A DNA stretch of 64,000 nt from contig OZ024741.1 in the NCBI GenBank assembly GCA_964016885.1, forward strand, positions 379,874,001 to 379,938,000, read 5' to 3'. Source of the stretch: Eledone cirrhosa (taxonomy: Eukaryota). Below, piece after piece: positions 26,161-39,350 of this stretch (its first letter is position 1; every line of letters begins with the position of its first letter). The notes beneath the pieces are model-generated. The model made no database searches, was not told the origin of the DNA, and worked only from the letters and a program-made list of their open reading frames with translations. The translations under genes and the position numbers were made by a program.

Positions 26161-26793
26161 CTAGCAGAAAAACCACCCATCGGGTGGTTTTTTGCTAGCA
26201 TGTGTGGTGTGTATATTGATATAATATGCAAGTATATATGCATGTAGATATGATACATCAAATAAAACAGTAATTGACAATATACACAGAAATTGAACCA
26301 AGACTCTCTTCTGTAATCAGTAACGTAATCCATGATACATTAAAAAATGCCGATATTATATATGTATGTGTATATTGATATTATACGCAAGTATGCATGT
26401 AGATATGATCAAATAAAATCGTAATTGACAATACACACAGAAATTGAACGAAGACTGTGTTACACTGTCTTATCCAAACAGTAACGTAATCCATGATACA
26501 TTAAAAAAAGAGGATATTATATATAAACCGCATTAGGAGAAAATTAGTGACAGAAATATATGAATATTTATTTAAACGATCGCTAAACGGAAGTGTTAAC
26601 ATTTGAAAATGTTAATGAAGTGAATCTTTAAATAAGTAATAACATAGATGTAATGAAGAGCCACGAAAGTTAGTAGATGGATTATATAATATTCATTCAT
26701 GATTTATTCAAAGTAATCCAACTAATTTTACTAAGGGGATAACAAATTATAAACAGTGCGCAGTCCCGTGCTTTTTACTTTAATATAGTTTAG
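26161..26793 (-). mobile_element. Helitron-like non-autonomous element with ~160-bp internal tandem duplication
   Basis: Minus strand starts TC after A and ends in a hairpin with CTAG (26161-26198); duplication ~26208-26362 and ~26367-26524. Confidence 0.55.
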
Positions 26794-27439
26794 ATACATA
26801 CACGCATCAATACACATGCATACGCGAAAACACCTGTCATGCAAGTATATACAAGCACGTACACATAAACAAGCGCACGCATACATAAACCCGTGCGACA
26901 CCTATAGCCCTATAGCCGCACGCATACGAACGTATACGCCAAATACACATAAAAGAAATATATGTGTGTGTATAAAATACACATAATGTGTATAAAATAC
27001 ACATAAAATAAATGTATGTGTGTGTATATATAGATATAATTATATAAACGTATATAAATATACACACATAAATACGTATATAACGCACGCACACACATGC
27101 CTACAGGTAAATACATATAGGTTCACTAAACGAACGTCAACCAAAACACAAAGTACACATATACTTACCTTACATACGTGCCAACACGCATACACACACA
27201 AACACAAAATACACATGTACACATGTACCAGTATGTATAATATACTATATACACTTATAACAAATACAAGCAAATATACGTACGAGTAAGTATACGTACC
27301 TTCACAAAACATGCGGGTAAGTTATACTTTCCTATACAAATAAATAATGGTATAAACATAAAATATACATAGCTACCATATCAAGACGTAAATTATCCGC
27401 GTATTGTTCGTACTACACATTAGGATATAATGTGGGGCT

Positions 27440-28351
27440 GTAATACAGAACAGTTTTATGCAATTTCAGTTTACAATCCGAAATTGCCTCAGATTATTTT
27501 GTTTAAGATGGGTGGTGGATTGGCAGTATCGGTATAGGGTCGGACGCAATGCTTTCCAGCATAGTTAAGTCCCTTTACGATCTGAGTTCAAATCCCGCCG
27601 AGGTTGACTTTGCCTTTCATCCTTACGAGGTCGATAAAATAAACTACCAGTAATGCACTGGGTATTTGCTGGCCTTGTGCCTAAATTAGAAACAATTATT
27701 TTGTTTAAGATGTGGTCATTGGCGTAGAGTATTTACAGGGCTTCAGCGGCACGAAGATCGCATGTTTTTTTATTTCTGTTGTACGATCTAGCCCTAGCTA
27801 GGATCTCCCAGTGTAGACTATATTGGGAGTGGTTGTCTTTTAGACTCCAGATATAAGCTGAAAGTGACGTCCTATTCCTTCTTAAAGGGTTAAGAAAAGA
27901 ATGGGTGTGCATGTAAAGACGCTGCTTGAATATATTGGCGGTTAACCCTATGTAGGCCCTACGGGACGTGGGTGTTTCGACCTGACATTTGTAGACAATT
28001 TTACTGGAGAGGCATTTCCCGAAAAGAGGGCAGTCAACCCTATTCCTACACTTCCAGTTAGTACTAGTTATAGGGTTGCACGTGTTCCTACGGCTAGGTA
28101 ATTTACCTACATTTGAAGCATTGATGCTATGTGCAAGGTTAGGAGTCGTAGAGTAAGCTATTTTAATGGTATTTCTATTAAACATTTTATTATATTTATG
28201 TGCTGAGGGGAAATGCTTCTTAATAAGGGGGAGAAAGATCTTAGCTAATGGTGTGGCCACCTCCATATTATATGGTGGGTTATACCATATAATGCGTCGG
28301 GATCTATTTTTCCTTGGTCTATGCTTATACTTAGTATATACTACCCTATAC
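27440..28351 (-). mobile_element. Penelope-like element 3' fragment (linker+GIY-YIG)
   Basis: WYNPPY..KHFP..FNRNTIKIAYSTTPN..CPLFGKCL..IVYKC..YIGLTANIFKQR. Confidence 0.85.
27511..27700 (+). mobile_element. Full-length SINE with 18-bp target-site duplication
   Basis: attattttgtttaagatg at 27493-27510 and 27695-27712; interrupts the end of the PLE ORF. Confidence 0.9.
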
Positions 28352-28425
<74 letters not shown>

Positions 28426-28426
<1 letters not shown>

Positions 28427-31400
28427 AGTTGCATTTATCTTGCTTTATGTTCATACGAGTTATCACCAAGTCACAATCAGTGACCTCAAGAGACAACAAG
28501 GTCCGCCATGTTCAAGGAAGCACATACATATTCACACATGCATCTTTAGTGTTTAGACTTGTGATGTACTTATATTGACAGAATCTTCCTTAGTATATGG
28601 GCAGTTTCCATTAGTACTATCTTTTGTATTTCTCCTATACGCGGGTTTCCTGGGATTTGCGATAAGTAATCATTAGACCCCTTAGGTATCATTCCCAGAG
28701 CGCCTACAACCACTGGTATTGTTTTAGTTCTCAATTTCCACATTTTTCCAATTTCTATCTCCAGGTCCTTATAATTGCTCAATTTTTCAAATGTTTTTAT
28801 AGATACATTCTTGTCTATTGGAACAGACATATCAATTAGCAGGCATACCCTCTTTTTAAAGTCCTTCAATATTATATCAGGTCTATTTGCATCTATTTTT
28901 CGGTCTGTTTGGATGCTAAAGTTCCACAAGATTGAGATGTGATCTCTTTCAAGTATGGGAGGTGGTTGATGCTCTCACCAATTCTTTTGATAGGGGAGTT
29001 CAAAATGCTTACACATTATCCAATGTATGTATTGTGCAGCTCTGTCATGCCTGTTTAGGTATTCGGTTGGAGCTATAGGACTGCACACTGAAATTATATG
29101 GTCAATGGTCTCTGGTTGTTTTTTGCATACACGGCATAATGGGCTGCATCCATTTTTTATTATGTTGCTTGGTCATTTTTTGTTGGCAGACACTGATCTT
29201 GTGCTGATATAATCAGTCCTTCAGTCTCCGATTTCAGTCCAGAGGATGCCAACCACTGATGGGTTAATGTTTTATCAACATCAGGATTGTTAGCTCGCTC
29301 TGGGTATTTTCCATACAGAGGCTTTTCTTGCCATTTCTTAGCCAGTTTCTGTAGCAGTTCTTTCTTTGCAGTTACTTTTACCTGCTTTGCTTTTTCTGTG
29401 TTTTCCATTTCAGCAGTAAATGGGACTTCTGAAATTTGTAGTCCATTACTGTATCTTTGTGCATCTTTTGTAATATTTTGATGCTTTCGTGTTTCAAAAC
29501 GAGTTTGATCATACAATCATGTGATTCCCTTAGATATGTAGATAATCCAATTGTTGCAGTTTTTAACGCAATGTCTAACTGGATTAACCCACGCCCTCCT
29601 TCTTCCCTATGGAGATATATTCTATCTATATCTGCCTTAGGGTGATGCATTCTGTGCATGGTTAAGAATTTTCAAATTTTTGTATCGAGCCTATGGATCT
29701 CTGTGCTTGACCAGTTGATGACATTGTAAATGTAGGTTACTACTGGTATGGCAAGCGTGTTTATGGCATCGATCCTATTCCTTGCATTCAATTCCGTTCT
29801 TAAGATTGCTCTTACTCTGCGATAACATTCCTTCCTTATCCTTTCCCTCATTGTCGAGTGCTTGATTCCGTCTCCTTCACAAACACCTAGATATTTGTAA
29901 GTTTTTTCTTGATAAAGTTCTCTTATCACGTTCCCCCGATCAAGATTAATGTCTGAACTCTTCAGAAGCTTTCCTCTGGTGAACGTTGCTTTGGCGCATT
30001 TATCTAGTCCAAACTCCATTTTAATGTCATCACTGAACTGCTCCACAGTGGATAATAGCCCTTGCAATTGTTCATCATTTTTTGCAAATAGTTTGAGGTC
30101 ATCCATGTAGAACAAGTGATTAATGGCTTTGTCATAGACTTTATATCCATGTTTTGTTTCATTGAGCATTTTACTTAATGGTATAAGTGCGATGCAGAAT
30201 AAAGCGGTGATAAAGAGTCAGCCTGAAAAATTCCACAATTAATATTAACTTCTCCAGCTTCCAGTGATTTTGTTTCACTATCCAAAAGGAGTGTCGTTTT
30301 CCATGTCTTCATACTGAATGACAAAAACCTCCTGACAACACGGGGGATATTTTGAAAATCTCTAAACATTTTTCAATCCAACTGTGTGGCAAACTATCGA
30401 ATGCTTTTTATAATCTATCCAAGCAATCGATAGATTTTTGTGTCTATTATGACAATCTTCCAGTATCATTTTGTTAACCAAAAGCTGATCCTTACAGCCA
30501 TATAAGCCTCGTTTACACCCTTTCTGCTCAATGGGAAATAGGTCATTTGTTATCAGGTGGTCATATGTGTATTCAGTTAGGACTGATAATAACATTTTAT
30601 ACATTGTGGTCAAGCAAGTTATCGGTCTGTAATTTTGGGGATTGTTTGTCTCATCATTCTTCGGAAGCAGGAATGTAATGCCGTTAACTAGCCATGATGG
30701 TATCTTTTCTGGCTCCTTAACTATTTCATTGTAAAGTTGGGCTAACAGCTCATGAGACTCTGTGAAGGCATTTATCCAAAAGTTTTGTATTTTGTCTTTT
30801 CCTGGGGATTTCCATTTGCTGGTTTTTCATAGAGCCAAGCGCAACTGTTTAACTGTTATATTTTCCCATATTTGTTCCTCAAGGTGAGCTGTATCTTTCA
30901 TTTGTCTGTCTATCCATGGGGCATGCATGTTATGAACTTTTTCTTCGGCCCAGATCTTTTCCCAGAATTCTTGCACTTCCTCCTTGGGTGGTATTGATTT
31001 AGCAGTTATTGTTGACTTACCAATTTTTCTGTAGAAGTTTCTTTGGTTGTTTTAGAACATATTATCGTCCTTATAGAATCCAGATCGTTTTTCAAAGCGC
31101 ATTATACGAGCAGCTTTGGCCGACACTTTTTGTTTGATTATTTCTATCAGCATGTTTATGTCACTTGTTGATTTTATACTGTACTTTTTTTTCAATTTTC
31201 TAAGTTTAGTTTGTTTAACATGTTCACCTACTTTATAGTTTGTTAAAATTTCTATGTCAGATCGGAGAAGGTTTATTTGGCGATTGATGTTCTCTTGCCA
31301 AGTAGATTTCTTGTGGGAATTCCTTTGTTTTTTCATCTTCACTCCACATAAGTGAGTGGTGACTTTAGCCGATGCATAATAGAGATGATTTAAATCAGTA

Positions 31401-33399
31401 ATGTTTAGTTTGTTTGTGATGATAATGTTTTTGAGAATTATGTTAGTCTTGTGTATTATCTTTTGGTTCTGTTTGGAGTTCTGGATCTTAGGGAGGGTGT
31501 CTCGTTGCCCCATGTCAGATTCTTTCATTTTCATCCATTCGATCATAATTTCATCCTTCAAGTTGGCAAGTTCATTCTCATTCATTTCTTTATCATTTAC
31601 GATCTCATTATTTTCATTTGGAGTTTCATCTTGAGCATGCACTCCCTCCACTTTTTCGATCCTTTCTTTAATTTGTTCTGTTGCCAGTGATTCCGCCCCA
31701 ACCCTGGGATTCGAAGTGTTACAATTTACCTCGTTTTCACTGACACACGGTTCATTTTCCCTTCGCTGACTTTGTGCCCAATAGCTTGATCTGATCAATT
31801 TCTATATCAGTTAGTAACTTTTTTCTTACAATATTTCTTCGTATATTGGCTAGTTTGTTACTGTCAATATAGCCTCTGTTTTCGGGATGTTTCTTTTTCC
31901 AGTTGATATATGTCTGTTCTGTATTCGATGTATTTGATGGGTAGTACATGGCAGTGTAGAAAGCCTCAAGGACTTCTTTATTATCTTGCCTTGACCATTT
32001 TTCTCTCTTTTTCTTTGGATTTCTTGGTGGTGAGCATGGAGGGCCAACAGTAGGAGTATTCCGGTTATGGGAGATCTCCAGCTCCGAAGTGATGGGAAGG
32101 TTTGAACTATTAGCTGATTTTTCGACCCCAGTCTGGTACCTATCTGAGGGACGCGGCTCTTTTTTACACGGGTGACGGCCGATCCGGTATGATATTTTAT
32201 CATTAGACATTTACTTTATTTTGTCGCGTTTTATCCTTATCCCCCAAGGGGTAATCATTTCGTGTTACCACTTCTAGAACGAGTGTCAACCAAGACTAGA
32301 GGGGTCGTTCTCCCCTAGAGACACGGCTATTCCCCGCCGGCCGCCATCCCGGTATTTCTTGGTCACGGGGCTTTCTTTTTGTTATTTTTTTTAAATTGTT
32401 ATTATCATGAGTGGTTCCTTAATGTGAGCATTGCGTGGCTTAAGAATGAATTTATTAATAATTGTCTCCACTCCAGGCACAAGGCCAGCAGTCACCCAGT
32501 GTATTACAATAATATAATATATTTTTTGCTAAAGTTGCCTGTCATTGTTGTTGGCTATGTCGGTGGTGGTGCTGTGGCTTTTTATACTGTTGGTGAGGAA
32601 GGGGGGAGCCAGCAGTGCCATAGCTGTTGACGTTTGGCCGGTGGCCAGGTCACTAAGTCAGTCTATTTATATCTTTTGCTAGCCTCTCCCTTGTCAAGTG
32701 ATACCGCCACCTTCCCCTTTCTTAAGTTAACAGGGGACTAGTGGTTATAGCAATGAAGGAGTGGTGGCGGCGGTGATGGGATAGTGGTAGCAATAATGAA
32801 TGGAGTGGTGGCGGCGGTGGCGTTGTCGTTACCGAATTTTGAGATATGTAGTATCTATGAGTTTGTCTCTCGTATGTTTAATATATGTGTTAAGTAGACT
32901 AGTTTTGTTTGATCTGTAGTATCTATGCGTTTGTGCCGCGTATGTTTAATATATATTGTGTTGACATATTCCCGTAAAATTGGAATTAAACATTTTGTTA
33001 AAACTTGAGACAATAATAATAGTAATTATTATTATGATGCTGGGATTGGTGGTGGTGGTGGTGAAATTCCCGTTATTAGTGTGATGGGGTCGGTGGTGTA
33101 TCAAGTTTCTGGTGTTGGTGAAATTGCTGTTATTTGGCTGTTCTATATAGTGTAGACAGAGGGTGTTTTCTTCCATTTATAACCATTTTATTTTTTGAAT
33201 ACAAAATATATAATACAAAATTGAATATTTGAGCGATATAACAATATAATATGGATCCGAACATTTATGAGACTTGATTCGGTGGTTTATGCATCATTTG
33301 TACTAAGAATTGTTATTTCACAATTGATTTAAATTCTGTTAAAAATCAAAAACTTACGGGAGCGATTTCATGACCTGCTACCACCACGTGCGTCTATGG

Positions 33400-33400
<1 letters not shown>
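28426..33400 (-). mobile_element. R4/Dong-clade non-LTR retrotransposon, family 1 copy A (disrupted)
   Basis: RT (HLFYMDDLKLF), CCHC and REL (NRPDII..LIDMSVP..K) with several frameshifts; (TTA)n on both flanks. Confidence 0.9.
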
Positions 33401-33482
<82 letters not shown>

Positions 33483-36400
33483 GGCGACCTACGTAGTAAA
33501 TCGTATCATCGTGAGCTCCGCAAAGGTTTGTTATTTTCAGTTGTTTAAAATTGCCATTTATGGAAAATTTATATTGTTAACCGTATATAAGTACACATAC
33601 ATTGATTTCTGAAAAGGACACTCAAAAATATTGGGGCCTTGAGCACAAAATTTAAACTTTTTATAATTATCAAACAAACATTTTTCTTTGAAAAATCATG
33701 GATGACTCAAAGTCCCTCCTTCCTCACAATCTGACACCTCACACCGACACAACCATTGTAAATATTGCTAGGTTTTCCAACACTGGAAATGTAAGCAGTA
33801 GCAATATTTTAAATTTGTCTCAGGCAGACGTTCATTTCCCGCCATTACCAATGAATGCAGGTGTTAAAGCCGCCACCCCCACCACCAGCACAGCGACAAC
33901 AGAAACAAAAGAAAAAAATAAATTAACTCGTGATATCGAAATGAATTCAACCAAAATGAACTCTTCCAAACCGAACACCACTGACGCCACCATCAACACA
34001 ACTGAAACTAAAATTAACAATAGCTAAAATAACGATAACAACAACAGCAACAATGAAATTAAGAAAACTACCCTGAGTTTTGCCAGAATAGCAAAAATGT
34101 GCGAAGCGATCCAGGTAACTCAGGAGGAATTAGAAGAAGCCAACGGAATGGGAAACAAAGATGGGTACAGGGTCAGCCTCACCCCCACCTAATAAAATGG
34201 AGCAACGTCGTCCTTGCACCGTGTCTTATCGGACAATTAACATAAAATCGCGCCGGGTGGAACGAGCATCCGAGTCCCAAATCCAAAAAGCTTGGGGACA
34301 TGTGTGGGCAAAAAAAAACCGCATCAGACGTGGGCAGAAATACGGAACCGTGGACGTGTTCTTTGAAACAAGACAGGAGGCCAGAGAACACTCCATGGCC
34401 CCATTAAGAAGTGGCGATTTCACACTCGTTCCAAGCTATTGTGGCCAGATACTTGGGAAGATCCGGGTGACCGACGAAATTCCCTGGCTAATGGCTGCCG
34501 TCCTCGCCGGCATCGAGGAAAACACCAAGATAATTGAAATAGCGAAAGAAAAGCAGAACTGCTCAGGATCTGGGATGGAGCTCCTGATCCAAGCGGAACA
34601 TAAAAGCATTGAGGAGAACCAAGAGGTAATAGACTTCACTGACGGCAGCCACCTCACCGTAATCGTCGAGGGCAGAAGACCTAGGTGTGTCGTTTGTGGT
34701 GAAGGAACCCACGTAAGGGCTTTCTGCCCTCAGGCTAAAAGGTTGAGGCCACTTCTCTTACCCACCACAGTGACTAAACCATCAACACCACCAGCAGCAG
34801 TAATGGCAGCAACAACTGTAGCAGCAACAACAGAAGCAACTGTAACAGCAACAACCCAAGCAACAGTAGCAAAATCAACACCACCACCACCCAACGCGCC
34901 AGAACTAGCACCAGCGCCTACACCATCCTCCACGCCACAACCAAAACTAACGCCTGTGGAGGATTTTGCACTCCCCGGCTTATCGCAACTGGAGACAGAT
35001 TGTGACGACGAGGAGTGGGAAACGGTATCAGGAAAAAAGTAAAAAAGAAACCAAAAAAGAAAAAAATTCTCTTCCTTCCCCCTCCAAAAACAAAATACAG
35101 AGAGAAACAAATAAATTATCAAACAAAAAAGTTAGGACAGATATGCCACCATCCACACCAGCATCACCAACCCCATCACCACAAACATCAACACCATCAC
35201 CATCATAAACCCATCACCAACACCACAAAAGTCACCAAAAAGCGTAACAGAAACAAACCGACAACAAACGCAAACAAAACAAAACAACCAAAACGATATA
35301 CACTACACAGCATTACATTTGAACAACAACCAATGATTACAATACATGCAACACAACACCAGAATCACAGAAAAAAAATACACAACAACCCAAAAGTTCA
35401 CACCACCTCCACACATACAAATCACTCGCATCACAAAGAAAACGTACACGACACTAAAACAAAGATACCCCAAAGACATCGGAGACTTCCGTCAAACACT
35501 CTCCAGGAGGATTTATAAGGACATCCTTCCGGAGGAGGCCACAAGCAGTGAAAATGATGGACAAACCATACTTCCTCTACGAGTAGTAAGGTAAGTGGTC
35601 TTTCCCATCTTTTCCACTCCATTTCAACATGACCTCACTCAGAATAGGCAGCATAAATGCGCGTGGCTTGGGGTCGTCATGGAAGCAGGGCCACCTACTC
35701 AACGAGCTCAGGTCACCACACATAGATGTAGTGGCCATCAGCGAGACCAGAATCTCCGAAGCACGGACCTTCGCACCGATCTTCGGCGGCTACGATGTGT
35801 ACGCGTCTCCCAGACGTCCGGGATCGGGGTCAAGAGTTGCTGTGCTTTTTCGGAGAGGTTTGGTTCTCGCCATACGGGCCATCTTCCTGGACCCACAAGG
35901 TAAGTTTGTGGTGCTAGACGTGACCAGCGGAGACGCACAAGCTTTCAGGCTAGTGGCCGTCTATGCCCCGACAGGACCAGGGTGGCCTGATTTCTTCCGG
36001 CGCCTGGAGACCTTTCTTGGAACGTTCCGCTCTTTAGTGTTAGTGGGAGACTGGAACGGGATCTTAGATGCACTCTGGAACTGTGTGGGATTATGGGATA
36101 GGCGAGGAGGGTGCAATAGTCTCAACAACCTGCTCAGGCGTTTTGAACTGCCTGACAGGTACCGATTGGATTTCCCAAATGTGCCAATGTGGACTTGGAT
36201 AAATTGCTTAGGGTCATCCAGATCATATCTAGATAGAGCATTTTGTATGGAAATAGATAGGTCTAGCATAGGCTGTCCACAATTCAAGATAGTCAGCTAC
36301 ACGGACCACAAATTCGTGATCTGTGTGCTTGACTTAGAATGGCTTCATAGACGAGGACCCGGCTACTGTAAGCTAAACGCGTCCTTACCAGCGCGCAAGG

Positions 36401-39263
36401 CCTACAGAAACCGGATTAGCGAACTAGTTAAGCGGGCGTTGACGGGGTTAATCGTCAACAACAAGTGGTGGTTTGCTCTGAAAAGAGCAATTAGAATAGA
36501 GTCCATTAGGTTCAGTAAGGCTTTAGCAATAGAGAAAAATAGAGCAGAGGCAGAATTAGTTAGAAAATGATACGAGGCGCTTAGCAATGGCATCGCGACC
36601 GACGTACTTGCGGCGAAATTGGCCCTTGACCAATTCTTCAATGCAAAGCACGAAGGCTGCGTTGTCAGAACTAGGGTGCGTGCTCTCAGACACGAGGGGA
36701 CGATAGCCGTTCAATGGGCCCGAGTGGCGGAGGCGCGTCGTGGCAACAAAGCCACGATCCGGTCTTTGGTGGACCACGACGGGCGCATGCTACTCGATCC
36801 CGGGCAAATGTGTGAAGCTTTTCAGCGACACTTCACTCAACTGTTCGGGGGCAGTGGCGGGCTGGATCGACAGATGGACTTTAGTGTCTACCTCGACGGA
36901 CTGCCGCGGCTTTCGGCCACTGAGGCGGAGTGTTGTGAAAAGCCGATAAGAACCGCTGAAGTACGGGACAATGACTGGCTTGGATGGTCTACCCTATGAA
37001 CTTTACGTACAAATGCCAGACTTGTTCGCATGCCTCTTGGCGGACGTCTAGTGCAACTGGCAACAGAACGGGAGAATTCACAGCTCTGCGAGCCGAGGAG
37101 TTGTAACGCTGCTGAGAAAGGATCCGAATAAGGGGGATAACATAGATAATTTTAGGCCCATAACTCTGCTGAACACAGAGTTCAAGATGTTGGCCAAGGT
37201 ACTAGCAAAGGGGTTGGCGATTGTCGTTGGTGGTCTGGTGGGAGAGGCGCAGACATGCGCATTCCCGACAGATCCATCCACGACAACCTCCACCTCATGC
37301 GATACATCGTAGAGAGGGTAGCTAGGGAACCTGGCACGGGTGGGACCTTGATCAATTTAGATCAGTCGAAAGCTTTCGATGGGGTCGACCATCGTTAGCT
37401 AGCTGCAGCCAGAGGGCGGCTGGCTTTGGGCCCGTCTTCAGAGGCTGGATCGCTGCCATGCACAGCGACATCTGCTCTGTGGTGAGAGTGAACGGTCACC
37501 TTTCGGAACCGTTCAACATCATGCGCTCGGTCCACCAGGGATATCCCCTCTCATCTCTCTTGTACGTATTGACGCTCGAGCCATTACTGCACAAACTGGA
37601 GACCTTGAGGGGGGTCCCGCGCGGACCAGGATGCGGAAGATCCGTGTCAGCATATGCGCACGATGTCACCGTATCGGTGTCGACGCCAAACAAATCGAGG
37701 CGATCGGCACTACACTAAGGGAATACGAATAGGTGACAGGTGCAATGATCAACCAGGAAAAGTCAGTGGCCCTGCAGCTAGGCACCTGGAGAGGCAGGTC
37801 CATGCCGTCCAACAGCGTCGTCGGACGTTGGACGGACGGACCAGCTAAATTGCTAGGGGTCTGTTTCGGTCCGGATTTCCATACGGACAAAAACTGGGAC
37901 AAGGTAACGAGCAGGGTGGCTTCTCTCACCCAGAAATGGGCCGAGAGGAAGCTATCCCTGAGAGGTCGAGCGGAGGTGGCTAACGCGTATATCGCGTCCG
38001 TCATCTACTACCGCCAGACCGTCGTACCTTGTCATAAGCCCCGCCTGACTGCGCTGGAGCGTTTGCTCTTTCGCTTTTTGTGGAACGGACGCGCTCCGAT
38101 GGCCAGGCGGTCCATCTGCTGTCAACACCCGCTACGTAGAGGGCTTGGCGTGCCGTGGCTGATGATGCGCACACACGCGCTCAGGCTACGACATCTCCAC
38201 CTCTTCCTCGACGGTGATCAGGTGTCGTCGTTGATTGCTAGACACGTCTTTCCCCAGCTAGTCTCATTGACGGAGCTGCAGTCCTGGGTCAAGCGAAGAC
38301 CGAGAGGGAGCGCTTGGAGACTGGAATGTCTACAGGCGCTCACAGCCCTCGACCAATCGGGCAACGTGATCGGTGGAAACTCCACTTTGACGTTCTATAG
38401 AGGATTAGTGGAGGGGAAGAGCGACGACGTACTTGAGAAAACTCTAGGCGTCGACGAAAATTAACCAGCCAATCTCTTCGGAAGAACTTTCGGGCCGGGG
38501 CCTATGGACAACTTCGAGAAATCCCTGGCCTGGCAGTGCTACCGAGGAGCTTTGCCAGTTCGGGATAAACTCTACAGGCATGGAGGTGCCGTCACCCGGG
38601 CAAGTCCGAGATGCGCGCAGGGCGACGAAACCGTCCTGCACGCACTCGTGCAGTGTCCGAGCATTGCTGACTTGTGTGTTTATGTCGAACACCTGCTGTC
38701 GCGTGTGGGACGGATCCAGCTATCAGCTGAGTCCATCGCAAGGATTGCACCGCCCTCATCCTTTAGCCGGGAAGGGCAGGAAGTTTGTATCTGTCTGGTG
38801 GCCATGGCGTAAGAGATAGTATGGTGGACACGTTTGAAAGGGCTGAAGACGAGCACTTACCTCTTCGGTGATGCGCTGATTAACTTTTTCAAATTTCATT
38901 TGAAAAGGAAAATCAGGGTAGAAAGGGAAGTGCTCTCTTCACAGCATTTTGTTGAAAGATGGGTGAGAGAGGCAATAATGGCCCGAGTGAATGGGCCTAC
39001 TGTGTGTCTGTAAATTAAAGGTGGAAAACTGGGAGATGGCACGTGCACTGGTGGTCAGGGTCACAGTGGCTTTTTAATGGGCTTTCTCCACCAATGTCCC
39101 TCGGAAGTCTACCCCCTATAGGGGAATTTTTTCTTGTTCTATTATTACATCCTCTGTTTCTTGTTTTTTTTACACGCAGAAATGCCCATTTGTACCGCGC
39201 TGTATTGTCCTGTACTGTCCTTAATGTCTACTTTATGTAAACCCCTGTGGTTAATACAGAAAA

Positions 39264-39264
<1 letters not shown>
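33483..39264 (+). mobile_element. Tx1/L1-clade LINE, apparently full length but disrupted
   Basis: ORF1 remnant with CCHC knuckle CVVCGEGTHVRAFC; ORF2 from 35629 with APE (SINARGL, SETR, GDWN, YLDR, YTDH), RT (QGYPLSSLLY, AYAHDV) and C-terminal ETVLHALVQC; (TTA)n on both flanks. Confidence 0.9.
35629..39014 (+). pseudogene. Tx1/L1 ORF2 (APE-RT-zinc finger) with stops and frameshifts
   Basis: ORF pieces 35629-36570, 36619-36999, 37458-37718, 37733-38464 and 38504-38812 carry consecutive domains. Confidence 0.85.

Positions 39265-39349
<85 letters not shown>

Positions 39350-39350
<1 letters not shown>

Noticed and set aside
31752-31765. G GGA AAA heptamer before the stop as a -1 frameshift site
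   Set aside because: The downstream ORF is in the +1 frame, so -1 slippage would not join them
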